Shown one piece after another: positions 39,098-52,523 of a stretch of DNA of 64,000 nucleotides (its first letter is position 1; every line of letters begins with the position of its first letter). The notes beneath the pieces were generated by a model. That model saw only the letters and a program-made list of their open reading frames with translations, made no database searches and was not told the origin of the DNA. Source of the stretch: Mytilus edulis (taxonomy: Eukaryota). A program made the position numbers and the translations under genes. Location: assembly GCF_963676685.1 (NCBI RefSeq), contig NC_092352.1:54994001-55058000 (forward strand). The letters run 5' to 3'.

Positions 39098-40610
39098 GGC
39101 CACAGCAATTTAATTTCTTGTTCTACGGATTTTTGGACTCCAAAATTTGGGGCGAGCGAGCGATTTGAAAATTTTAATAAAAAAATATTTAATTTGCAAA
39201 TTTTTGAGGCGAAGCTTGAAAAGTTAAGGCGAGCGATTTTTTTTTTTTTTGTAAACATAAAATAGTAGGTTTTGACATTTATTAAAACTTGATTTATCAC
39301 TTGTACTTTGACATTTCTTTAATTTATGAAGTAATTTTTCCCTGTTCACCAAGAAATAACTGAATAATTAAATCTGGTCTATGTATGTGTGGCTGACAAT
39401 GAGACAATTCTCCATCCAAGTCATAACCAGTTTGGGAACAACCCCTTAATTTTATAAATATGCCTTTTATGAGGGCTCAATATAAACAGGGACTTTCTAT
39501 ACTAAGTAGGTAAGTATAGAAAGTCCCTGATATAAGTTACAATATATATGTTTTTGTAAAAAATAATCACTTTTTAGTACAAAAGGGCTCATATTTTCCC
39601 AAATGAACTACATATCTATCTGGTATTAAATGGTCAAAACGTGTCCAAGTATTTTGAAATATTCCTGGACTTTTACCATGTAAACATATATATTTACTTT
39701 AAAAGTTCAATATTATTCAAAATAAATGGAACCCTCTTTGAGAAAAGTGGTTAAAAATATGATTCATTTCTCCTCTTTTTGAGTAAAAAATTCTAAGTTT
39801 TCAAAGGTTTTTTAGTAGCACTATACAAATTCTTGGTATTTCTATTTTCATTTCTACATCAGTAAAATGACCTCTTGTCTGGGGGAGGGTTGCTCCCAAC
39901 CTGATAATGACAGACACAGGTCAAAGTACGGCTTTTTACACAGGGCTTTGATCCATACGGTTACCGTCATTAAACAGCAAGCTATAAAGGACCCTAAAAT
40001 TATCAGTGTTCTTAATTCGAACAGGAAAACCAACGATGTAATTTATATATCCAAACCGGCAAACGGGAAAATACCAATGAACCGCATCAACAAACGACAA
40101 CTGTTGAACGACAGGCCCCTGAATCAATCAGGACAGGTGCATAAACATGCAGCGGCTATGGATAGTTTTGTTTCGCCAGCATACAATATAATTGCAGTTG
40201 AAGGCAAACCCTTCAGAAGTTCTTAGTACTTTATATTTTTTGATAGGGAATATGAATAAGGGGAAAAGAAACCAACGTTTTGTTTTTTACAGGTATTTCC
40301 GCTGTTATATATATTTATATCGGAACACCCCCACTTTAGATAAATGCTGAAACAAAAATTCTCACAGATATTTACACAGTGTGGTGGGGTGCTTATAGGT
40401 TTAAAATTGTTATATACAGGTTTAGACTGTGATTTTAAAAACAAATGTTGATATCTTTTTATATCATTTACAAAAAACGGTGCGGGAAATGGACATGATT
40501 ACATTTCCGGATGCGGGAAGCGGGAATATAAAAAAAAAATAAAAAAATTCTGTTTTGAAAAAAAAATGTGCTGGCGGGTCCGTCGAACAAGGAATTAAAT
40601 TGGTGTGGCC
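39098..40610. mobile_element. PIF/Harbinger-type non-autonomous element with nested repeats
   Basis: 32-bp TIR GGCCACAGCAATTTAATTTCTTGTTCTACGGA (29/32 match); TAA duplication at 39095-97 and 40611-13. Confidence 0.8.
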
Positions 40611-40657
40611 TAAGACAAGTTTGGCTAAGAAGGTAATGAGACAAACAATACAGCTGC

Positions 40658-41095
40658 TTCCGCCAGTAAACTAATTCTCGACTCCTAGGAGTCGAGATTA
40701 AGAATTGAACGATGGACAGTTAGTGCGTGAATTTTTCTTGCTACCTGATTGGAAGATATTACGAGACGTGAATAATCAAAGTTTATTGATTGGTTAGGAC
40801 AATCCAAACCAAGTAAATGTCCTTCAATCCCGTAGAGTATCGGATTTGTCCTCTCTATTTTAGCAATTAGATTTTACACAGGTAACCTTTATCTATAAAT
40901 AGTCGAATCTTCTGGAGTAAACAAAAACGTTAAATGATACTACGTCATAGCGTGTGACCTCACGTGTGTGGTAAAATTTGTTGATTGATGCACGTGGCTA
41001 TTCTAGTAAACGAATTAATCTACAAAGCGAGAGCACTTTCCATTTTCATCAGCTAAGAGTCGAATAGCCTTTTTGAAAGGCTAACGCTTGTGGAA
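40658..41095 (+). mobile_element. Probable HINE/DINE-like element
   Basis: Perfect 22-bp palindrome at 40676-40697; its core gagtcga recurs at 41057, followed by the hairpin tagccttt-ttg-aaaggcta (41065-41083). Confidence 0.5.
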
Positions 41096-41176
41096 GTATC
41101 TAGTCAACTTTTAACAGACACGGGTCAAAGTACGGCTTTTTACACAGGGCTTTGATCCATACCGTCATTAAACAGC

Positions 41177-41705
41177 TTTGGAGTATATATCTCCCAATTG
41201 ATACGATATTCCCGTGCTTACATTTCCTATCATGATTTTCTTGATAGAGGGTTACTGCTCTCAAGGAAGCTATTAAACCAAGAGTTCCAAATGGTGAAGT
41301 TGAAATCATCCCTTCGTAAATTTTACGGACGCCATCACGAGTTGGTTGACCGTTATGGAATAACCGTTTCACAAATGATATCGGATATGTTCCTTACGTC
41401 GTAACTACAATCCCCTTCCCTTTCATGAATGTGACCTACCGAATTAGACTATTTACCGGATTTGTAATCACATAAGCAACACGACGGGTGCCACATGTGG
41501 AGCAGGATCTGCTTACCCTTCCGGAGCACCTGAGATCACCCCTAGTTTTTGGTGGGGTTCGTGTTGTTTATTCTTTAGTTTTCTATGTTGTGTCATGTGT
41601 ACTATTGTTTTTCTGTTTGTCTTTTTCATTTTTAGCCATGGCGTTGTCAGTTTGTTTTAGATTTATGAGTTTGACTGTCCCTTTGGTATCTTTCGTCCCT
41701 CTTTT
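41177..41705 (+). mobile_element. Family A copy, 5'-truncated, near-identical to 24290-24817
   Basis: Only a handful of substitutions relative to the copy at 24 kb. Confidence 0.85.
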
Positions 41706-42699
41706 AACATTATCATCTGATTCAAAGTATTTCTTTGATTGGGACTTTGACATGATAATAACTATTATACAGAATCTGAAACATCAAATAGATTCAACTA
41801 ATAGATATAAGAAGATGTGGTATGAGTGCCAATGAGACAATTCTCTATCCAAGTCATAACTTGTAAAAGTAAACCATAATAGGTCAAAGTACGGTCTTTA
41901 ACACGAAGCCTTGGCTCACACCGCAAATTTTAAAGAGCCCCAAAAAATAAATTGTTTAAAACCATTCAAACTGCATTTTATATTATCCGGTGTGACTCTA
42001 TGCTCTCATACATAATAGACAAATAAGCCCATGTAACCCTACTGATATGGTTATCTTGGTCATATGTCATAAATTCTTAGCACATTCAATCATAAGAAAA
42101 GAAGAAGAAAAAACCGAACAATTATATCTAACAACTCAAGGTTAGTTTATGTTGTGAGGAGGGAAGTCAAGAACAAATAAATGTTCCTTTGGTAAACTTG
42201 TCTAATATGACAAGGATTCGAATCCATGAAATGTAACTGGATGTTTTTGACTACATGGCTTCATTATATCATTGGACCAATGTTCTGCCAAGATGTCACA
42301 CTCAGTCTATATCCTGATTAATAATACCTTATGTAAGTATCCTAGGTTGATAGCCAGTGTATTTTCACCAATTTTCTGTTATCTAATGAATATTGTTCAT
42401 CTTTAACGCCGCCGAGGTATTTGTAAAAAAAGATATGCCTTTTTTACCCTCTCTGTCGTGATATTTGCCAAAAAATACTCTATCCGACTGGACGCTTGTA
42501 ACGTCACGATCATCAATGCGTTTTTCAACGTTAACATTCGGTGAAATTAAACAGATATAGCATGTTCTTGAGGGGTATTTGCGAAAAAAATACGGCTCGT
42601 GAAAATTTACATTCTCTCACTGGTATTTTTCGCAAATGATATGTCTGTTCAATATCAGTGATATACTTTTGGGGACATAAGGGGTATTTAACAATTAAA

Positions 42700-45150
42700 A
42701 TCAAAAGTAAATTCACAAAGCTACTGTACTGAAAATTCAAAAAGGACAACCCCTCACCAATGGCAATATCAAAAGCTCAAACACATCGAACTAATGGAAA
42801 ACAAATGTCATATTCCTGACTTGATAAGACATTTTTTTATTTAGAAAATAGTGGATTTAACCTGGTTTCAAAGCTGGCTAACCCTCTCACTTGTATGACA
42901 GTCACATAAAATTCCATCATATTGACAACGATGTGCGAACAAAACAAACAGACTTAATATAATCTCAATCACCACAAAAAACAATCAAATATGTTCCAGT
43001 AGACACTTGTTAAAAACCAAAGAAGCCATTTCATTTTATTTTCATTCAGATATATTGATGATGTTTTTTCCATTAACAGTCCAAACTTTTCTGATTGGAT
43101 TCAATTTGCATATTCCAAAAACTAGAAATTATAAAAACAACATAAACGGCTTCCTCCTCCTCCTCGTTTAAAGACTTAACCTCGAACTAGGACCCCCCCC
43201 CCCCCCACAACTAGACATAAGCATTAATCTCAGTATCTAAATCAATGACAAGCCAGACGATTTTCATTTTGAAATTGTCAATCTTCCTTACCTAAGTAGC
43301 AATATTACAACTTCACCTGCATATGGGATATGCATTTCTCAACTTATTCGGTATTCTAGATCTTGCCGCTTTATAAAACGTTACCAGTGAGCAGAAGGTA
43401 TATTACCAGGGCTATGTCAAAGAAAGTCGCGTCCTTCTAAAAAAACATATAAGAAGATACCTTGGTGTAGGGTTTGAATGATTCGTTCATTTTTGAAGAC
43501 CCTACATCAACTGTAAGGTGAAGATCAGGAATAAAAGCCCTGTTCATTAATATTTTTAATTTTTTTTCTATGTTTTGTGTGCGATTTTGTCCCATGTACA
43601 TATTCTCCATATTCTTTTATTTTCTATTCAATACTTTGTTCATAAATATTACACATCAACTTCAAAAATAATACATGATGGTCCTGAAGTATAGATGTTA
43701 GGTACTGACGTTATTATCATCTTAAAAACGTGTATAGAATTCTTTTATTTGTCTTTGAAAAGTATTTACCTTTAATGTTTCGTCAATTTTTGGTTATATG
43801 GCTCATAACTTGTGCTAAAGTGTTATTGTGCTATGGTATTTTTTTGTATTCTTGTATTTCATTTAATGTGCTTTGTCTATATGCCTTTTTTGTCTGTATT
43901 ATTTTTGGCAAATTTGTTTGTTTATATTGATTAAGATTATAACTCAATGTGGACCGTTGTATCCCTAATTATGACCTTTACCTATTATATCCGTTGGATT
44001 TGTACACACATTGTTGTCGGCCTAATAGAAATTTGAGCGACAGTAAAGCAAATGAGAGGTTTAGCTAGCTTTAAAACCAGGTTTGATCCATTATTTGTTT
44101 ATGACGTCACTTGGCGTAGAGGTTTAAACGTATTCGGATGTGTCTTCTTTTGTGTTTCAAATGTCTGGTTATGTAAATGTATTTCAGTTGTTTCCTGTAA
44201 TTAGTTAATACTTCAGCTTTATCATGTACTTTTTTTGAATATTCATTTTATTAAATTTACTGTTTGCAAAAGTATAAATTACTCAAAATTATAGGGATTT
44301 TCTGGTAACTTAACAGAAAACCCTTGCCGTTTTTGGCACAACCTTTTTGATCTTTTGGTCCTCGATGCTGTTCAACTTTGTACTCGTTTCGGCTTTCAAA
44401 CTTTTGTATCTGTGCGTCACACATTGGTCTTGTGTGGACAAAATACACTTCTGGCGTATTAAAATTTTGAACTTGTTGCCTTTTGTTGGCTGTTGTTCGT
44501 GTGATTCTTTGTCAATTGTGTTCTCCAATTTATTTATATTGTAGTCCTGTGTTGTCATTTTGATGTTATATTTCACATGGCCATAAAAGTGCGAGGTTTG
44601 GCATGCCACAAAACCAGGTTCAACCCACCATTTTTTCCTTTAAAAATGCCCTGTACCAAGTCAGGAATATGGTCATTGTTATATTATAGTTCGTTTCTGT
44701 GTGTATTACATTATAACGTTGTGTCGTTTGCTTTCTCTTATTTTTGAGTGTAAATTCACATTGCGATAAGACGTGTCACGGTACTTGTCTATCCCAAATT
44801 CATGTATTTGGTTTTGATGTTATATATATATGTTATATTTGTTATTCTCGTGGGATTTTGTCTATGTGTGTTACATTTTAGTGTTATGTCGTTGTTCTCC
44901 TCTTATATTTAATGCGTTTCCCTCGGTTTTAGTTTGTTATCCCGATTTTGTTTTTTGTCCATGGATTTATGAGTTTTGAACAGCGGTATACTACTGTTGC
45001 CTTTATTTACATAGGAAATGCCTCTACCAAATCATGAATATGGTTTGTTTTCCATTGGTTTGATGTGATTGAGCTTTCGATTTGGCCATTTGATAAGGAT
45101 TACCTATTTGAATGTTCCTATGAGCTCACTATTTTTGTTATTTTATTTTT
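42700..45150 (+). mobile_element. Family B insertion with an inverted 3'-end copy at its 5' side and a nested family C element
   Basis: Minus-strand 3'UTR at 42700-42995 abuts plus-strand RT starting at about 43000 (FRYIDDV at about 43046-43066); the 3'UTR is interrupted at about 44100-45008. Confidence 0.7.
44100..45008 (+). mobile_element. Family C copy nested in a family B 3'UTR
   Basis: Same organisation as 32360-33092; the host element resumes at acataggaaatgcc. Confidence 0.75.
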
Positions 45151-46072
45151 TTGCATACACAAATAAATGAAATTATACGAACGAAACGGATTGGCATTCT
45201 CGATTCAATTTATATCAGCAAGACTGTCGGAACGCATGTGGAAAGTAGGGGTTGGTGTTGTTGAGACATCACGAAATCAGTCCATGAATGAATCAATCAA
45301 AAGCGGCTTTAGTTATGCAATACAGACAAAAAATAGTGGCACATAATAATCACAAATCATTTTTCGTCAGCAAAACAACTGAAAAGCTGTAAGAAAAGTC
45401 GTTAAGCTTTCATAATACATATTCCTTTTTTCAGCGGAATATTTGTTCATTTTAAACAATGATTGGTTTAAATTGAAGAAATGACGAATGCGATGCATGA
45501 ATTATTTCTTTTCTATTATGTCTGTTCGTCCTTTTGATTTTTAGCCTTTGGTATCTTTCGCTCCCATTTAAGTAAAATATTTGTCTTTATAAATTATTCC
45601 TTTGTTTCCTTCAAAATAGTACCATAAGTCAATGCGTTTGTGCTATCTTGTGCAATCTGTGCAACTTCTGCACTTTTCGTAAAATTGTTGGTTTGTCTGA
45701 AGGTATATTCTGATCTAGTTTATGACTGAAAATGTAGATAAGTTTACATACATTTGACATTCTTCCTGTGACTTACGATGAAAACTGTTGATGTAGCCTT
45801 TAACGTTCCTTCAACACAATATTGTATTGAGATATTCAAACTATTTGAAGACTTTGTAGACATCAGATATCTCTATTGCGTATTCTGCAATCTGTCTCAG
45901 ACTTTTGGTATAGAAAAAAACAACTTGAAGTGTAACATCTGGATACTGAAATTGGATGACTGATTTGTCTAACATATAATTTATACGTACAATGACTGAT
46001 TTGTCTTGCATTGTAAGTTATATAAGGCACAAGTTGTTCAAACGGAGTTACAAAATTATAAACGAACAAAAT

Positions 46073-46395
46073 CAAGGTGACATTAGATTATCGATGTTCA
46101 GATATCGTAATACGATTAACGTACCAAACGGGATGACAGTAGATTATCAATGTTCAAATATCGTAATTCGATTAACGTACCAAACAAGGTGACAGTAGAT
46201 TATTGATGTTCAAATATCGTAATTCGATTAACGGACCAAACAAGATGACAGTAGATTATCAATGTTCAAATATCGCAATCCGATTAACGTACCAAACAAG
46301 ATGACAGTAGATTATCGATGTTCAAATATCGTGATTCGATTAACGTACCAAATCAAGGTGACAGTAGATTATCGATGTTCAAATCTGGTAATTCA
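46073..46395. repeat. 56-bp minisatellite, about 5.7 copies
   Basis: Unit caaggtgacagtagattatcgatgttcaaatatcgtaattcgattaacgtaccaaa. Confidence 0.9.
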
Positions 46396-49300
46396 ATTAT
46401 ACAGAGACAAACCAAGGAAACAAACAGATATTGTCACACATACCATTAAGACATACTATTCTTTATCCTCTCATACTCTTTTTAATTATTTGTTACTATT
46501 TTTAAGGATAGCTTATGAAAGTTGGAAAATCTAAATCTTAAATGAAGACAGGGAAATAGTTTCTAAAAGAAAATATATGTTCCAAACTAAAACATCACCT
46601 TTACACAGTTGCGTAATGAAAATGATTGTGCATCTTTGTTTTCAATAAACTTCAGAATATTCTGTATTTTACGCGGCTGAATTTCAGCCATTATCATTTA
46701 TGAGTCTTTTGTATCCATATTTTTAACATTTTTACCTATTATGTCTGTTTATTTTGTTCACGCATTGTCAATAAAATAGAATTTTAGGCGACTGTCATAC
46801 AAGTGAGAGGTTTAGCTAGCTAGAAACCCCAGGCTTAATCTATCATTATTTACATAAGGAATGCATGTTCCAAGTCAGAAATATAACAGTTGGTTTCCAT
46901 TCGTTTGATGTGTTGAGCTTTTGGTTTTCCAATTTGACAAGGGACTTTCAGTTTTGAATTTTCCTTGGATTTTAGTTTGGTATTTTTGTTATTTTAACTT
47001 TTGTTAAATAACTATATGTTTTTGTTTTGAAAACAGTAAATCGTATTGTATTTCTTATTTTATTACCAATGATCAATGCTTTTTAATCTCAAAATACTGA
47101 AATAAATAAAGTTTAATACATAACAACATATCAAAATATATAACAGGATGGTTGCCTCAAAATTTATACAAAAAGTCATATTTGATATTTAAGCTCAACA
47201 TTTAATAATAAATACATCTTTGGATAAGATTATGAAAACAATGCTGAAACATTTACATAATGCCATGATTCAACAATGGTATATGTCCATGGCTATAGTC
47301 TACGTCAATCTTTACATAGCCAGGTTTGGACAGAGAGTCAATTATATATATGATATATGGTAACAATAAAACAACAACTGGTTTGTCATGGGGTATTTCA
47401 TAATAGCTTTTACAATCATAAAGCAAAGTATTAAAACACAACTTTTTTTTCCAAATACGTTATTTCAAATTGACTAGTAGTTATAAATGCTATAATCTTT
47501 TTTAAAGTTTTCATGAATATAACAAAAAAAAAACCCAACCCATCTCACTTTCATTGCATTTGGAATTAAAAATTTAGATCAAAGTATTCTTATCATTCTG
47601 AACGACCCCCTACAAAGATATCAAATTAGTTAAAAGTCAACTTTAAAGGTGTTGTATTAAATATATGGTCACCTGAACAATAATGAAATAAAAAACATTT
47701 CAAAATGCATTTTAAAATTTAAAAAATGCATTTAGATTATGCGATACTGTCAGTGACTTGCAATATAAGATTTACAATAATAATTTAACAAATAATTTTA
47801 AATTTTCAAAAAGTATGGACAGGAGAACAAAGCCTATCATCATTCAATGGTACTAGGCACGGAGGTATAATCACGTGACAAAGGGTAGTTATTATTAAAA
47901 TTTTCAGCTCACTTGACCATGGATTTTAAAATAGGTAAACTTGATTTGTTCGAAAAAAAATAATAATAATTCGCTAACAAAAGATGCAGTCATGCAACAT
48001 GGAAGTGAGTAAGCAAGAAATTGTGTTAAAATAGAATCCTGACCGGGTTAAATTGTGTGTTGCGGTAGTAAAAGTGAGGAATTTAATAAATGTATACATC
48101 AAATAACTTTCAGTTATTTAAAAAACGAAATTTTGAAATATAACTGAACATGTATTATTATAGTCGTAAACGATATTTCAGTTAAAGTTTGCTATCAGCG
48201 GGAAGTAGACAGCGCTACAAATTTCATTCAAACAAATTATGCCCTAACAAGTAAATATCAATAATATCTTCCCGACTAATTATTACATAAATTTACGAGT
48301 CTGTTTTGCAAAAGTTCGCTGAAGGTCGACCACCGTTAGTTATTAGCTGTCTTTTCACATGATTAATTCAAGAAAAGAAACTATACCTATTGGAAATCGT
48401 AACTGTAAGAATCATCAAAATTAATCATGACCAATTTTCATCTTATATAAAAGATGAATATATTATTGGGGCTGATAAATTGTCTTGTTATGAATGACTC
48501 ATACATATTGACCATAACTCTTTAGTGGACATAGTAATTCATTAGACGGCTTACAGACATTTGTGAATAATCAATGCAAGGAAGACTAAATTGGAGCCTT
48601 TCATATAAATAACACTTACATTACTACAAGATAAAAATCGGAAATGAGACATGTCCATTAGTTTTCGTCATTATAATACCACGGGATTGGAAGTTTCAAG
48701 GTTTTGTAGCAGCACCTTCTATTATTTAAATAGAATATAGTGGGTTTGAAGTAAGTCTTCATAATGCTTTAAATGCTTATTACACCACCAAACTGTTGCA
48801 TCATAATACAGGAAGGGCTTATGGTGTTATAAATATACAGCCGCCTACATTTTTTGTCCGGAGACAAAAAGTAACTTTCTGAAGCAAAAAATAAATGATG
48901 AGGATATTCGATTCTATAGCAAAACAAAGGGAGGGGATTTTTTTATGCAGATCGAAGGGCGGAACCATTGGTTCGTATATCAAGAAATCTGGCATTGCAA
49001 TAGTTTTGGAACGGCTTCTCAACTTTAATTCTCAAATACGAATAAAAGAGTTTTTAGGCATTTACAAGAAAATAATGTTTGTTTCACTTACATATATATA
49101 ATAATGAAAATAAATTACTTAGGCCAATAAAAAGGATTTCTGGCCTATATTAAAAGAAACAGGGTGAAAAATAAATTACGAAATAAATTGCACAATCTGA
49201 TATTTTATTAGTTTAACAATAAAATCATTTATTTACACTGGACCCTTTGAATTTAATGATATAAAATGACGCATATGAATACGATTTTTAAATGAATGGC

Positions 49301-50779
49301 AGTTCACAATCGTTATTTTGTAGGTTGAATAGTAGGACCACGCACAGCTGATGAAAACTTTTCAATTGTGTCAAGTTTCAAAGATGCGAATTTGTTTTAA
49401 AAAAATAACTAGTTTGAAAATGACGCAGAAACCTATTGAAATCATTTACCTTTTAAATTTTCATAAAAATATGGACACTTAATATATCAATATGAATAAA
49501 TCATGAATGAAAATGCATGAAAGACTTTAAATCTTGACACATCGTTTTTGAACACAAACAATTATGAACATTAACATCAATTGATAAGACAACAAAACAT
49601 GAAAGACATGTACATAAAAAAACACTGGTGCAGAAAATCCGTTTTTTGTTTTTATAATTTGAGGTTTATAATATAAGTTCTTAGTATATTTGAATCAACA
49701 GTTTTCTTTGAAACTTCGCTTTCCCTTTTTTCTTCCTAATTAATGCAAAAATAAGTTGTGACTGAGAATTTGTACTTAAAATATTCAAAATGTCTATACT
49801 TTCTAGAACATGGACAAGTCCTTTACCGAGACCGACAGGGAAAATGACTGACAGACGGACTGATTGATATGTTCTGCTTCGGTATTTAAATATATTGGTT
49901 GATTGATATTCGGTTGATTGACTGATATCATAAGATCGTACTACATGGTCTCAGACCACGTGGTTTTACAGAAATTGGGTACTACGAGTGTAACTGGTTA
50001 AAACTAAACAAATTTTCTGCACCAACATTTTAAAATAAGACAATGGCATACAATACTAAACAAGACATGTAATTGCAAATTATTTTTTGACTAATCACAC
50101 ATATTCGGAATGGCATTTGAAGTGTTCAACAAAGGCAGTCCGGGCTATCACAAAAGACGCCCCAGAAATCACAGACAAACATATCGAGTTCTCGTTCTTG
50201 TACTTAAACAATTATAGTCTATTTTTAGTCCCAAGTGTCAATCAAGGATGCAGTTTGGAGTCTATGAGTTTAGATGTCCCCTATTTTTTGGGGCTGTTTA
50301 AACTATAACATATAAAATTTACTATTTAAAAAAAACCTGACGCAATTGATCGGCAATTACAAGTTAACTTAAAAAAAACCAAGAAATTTTATTTGAATAA
50401 ATATGTACCTGGTGTATCATCATAGGGTAGAGGTGAACATGGAGTTGTTTATAAATTTTTATTTAATTTATGTAGTTCGCATAATATCTAGGACATGGGC
50501 AAGTTCAACATTATGTACTGCCAATATTGAGAGGGAATGCTTTTAAAAAGGCCATGCATTGCTTGACACAGCCAATGGTAAAAGAGGGATATGATTTTTT
50601 CGGCAATTACCCTTTTTATCATCCATTTTATGTGTAAACATTGTTACACCATTAAACAGCCAAAATAGCCGCCCTGTCGACAGTTGTGATGCATACATTA
50701 AGTATATAAAGTACAACTTGCAGTCGATTGCATAACTATTTCTTACTAACTGTCGATTTCAAAATATGTTTTGTTTATT

Positions 50780-50920
50780 GGCCAGCTGAAGCACACCTCC
50801 GGTTGCGGGATTTTCTCGCTATGTTGAAGACCCGTAGGTGGTCTTTGGTTGTTTTCTGCACTTTGTTCGGGTTTGTTGTCTCTTTCACACATTCCCCATT
50901 TCCATTTTTAATTTTACTTA
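50780..50920 (+). mobile_element. Family E short interspersed 3'-end repeat, ~250 bp past the NDNF stop (also 59965-60095 plus, 62335-62470 minus)
   Basis: cctccgg.tgcgggattttct..gacc..ggtgg...gtcgggttgttgtctctttgacacattccccatttcc recurs three times. Confidence 0.7.
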
Positions 50921-51168
50921 ATATGTTACATTTAATTATCTCATTTAAAGGCACCCCTCCCCTTAACAGCAATGGATTAACACTTGGGATGGCACCAAAT
51001 ACCCTCATAGACTAATAACAACACGTTTGATACCGATTTAAAAAAAAAAGTGCAGACGGCATGTGCATTTTTTGGAGTAATCTTCATCATGCACAAGTTT
51101 GAGAACTTAGAGAAGCTCTCGTGACATTTTTCCTCCGGAGAACCGGATATTACCTATGTACAATTATT

Positions 51169-52523
51169 TCATAAATGTTGTTTTGTTGCTGTTTGTAAAC
51201 TGTTATACAGTAATGAATAACCTTTACCGAGTTGTATTACAACATCAAATTGGTAAAGAGTGTTACTTTTTAAGTTTCTGATTTGATGATTTAGCACCAT
51301 GTTAGGTGTTTGATGTCTAATTTTCATACATTTCACTTTTTTACTATCAATAACTGGAGATTGGTTCTTATTACTACACTGATTATAATTCCGCCGCCGT
51401 TTCCGTCGGACTGAAATTTCTTTTTGATATATACAAAATTTCCGTCTTGATTTCGTTACTCGCCAACCTATAGTTAATGAATTACTTGTAGTACTATTGT
51501 CAACCAGAAACACTTCCGATTTCTGAGGCAAGATAGGGTACCTAAGTTTTGACTGTTTTCTAGATACCACTAATCTAGCAGTCTTTGGAGCATCTCTTTT
51601 TCGGCTAACTATATCTATGAAATAAGTATCCGCCTTCAAATTTTCAAGTGTAAAATTGGAAGAACGTTTCACTTTTTTCACAAAAACTGACTCACCACGT
51701 ATGGAACCACGTGTTACTTTTAACGTCACTTTACCAGTACAAGAATGGACGGCAAGAAATAGATCACTGGTATTTTTAAGGTCATATTTAAAATCAAATC
51801 TTAATTTTGATTTTTTAAACTCTAACTCTTGAAGTTTTCCATCTCTCAATTTTCGAATTCTGTCCCGTTGCTTCCGTTTTTTTGTCTTTACTTCTAATTT
51901 TTTATATGCACTACTCATATTAGTCCGCTTATTAATCGCATACACATTTACGAAATAAGTTTTCCCAGGTCTAGCCTGGGTATAAATATATTTTGTATTT
52001 GTATCTACACAGGTATAGTGAATATCTCTTGGTTTCACTTTTTTCACTGGCCTTGCTTTACTCTGGAATTTTTTTGGAACTTCGTCCTCCCACGGAAAAA
52101 AGAATCCTCTACTCTTGGATGCTACCGGCAATTTATCTCCAAACATATTAGACATGAGTGAACAATAGGTATCAGAACTCTTTTTAGCACTCACAGATAC
52201 ACAATACGTTATAATATTCCCATAAGGGGTCTCGTCCTGACTACGGTTCCAAGAAACTGTGAAACTCTTCCGCCGTATGCTATCTGCACGAATTGCGGAA
52301 TTTCTAGGTAAAGATGGATAAAATGTACTATCCCTTGCAAGCTTTTTTAATCGAAGGAAGAATTTTACATAAGTGTCACTTTCAATTGGCCTTAAGAACA
52401 CTGTATAAACTCCAGTGGAATTAACGCTTCTTTGAAAAGTATGAGCCTCTGAACCCACATACGAATCCAACTGTATTCCTGCTGGATTTGTTGGTTTTAC
52501 TTGCTCTTCAAATAATGGATCAT
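51169..52523 (-). CDS. NDNF: NDNF-like secreted FN3-domain protein, terminal coding exon
   Basis: 433-aa ORF matches NDNF motifs recalled for the family: YPSLP..SW, YCVSV, CVDTN..PGKTYFVNVYAIN..NMSSAY, LRDGK, VHSCTG, KFCIY, NQC, LKSNTLYQFDV, GYSLLY. The frame extends to a tttcag acceptor (AG at 52525-52524), adding (D)DPLFEEQVKPTNPAGIQL; the listed TTG start is not a real start. Confidence 0.92.

Noticed and set aside
46073-46395. CRISPR-like array
   Set aside because: Contiguous tandem units with no unique spacers, eukaryotic context and no cas genes.
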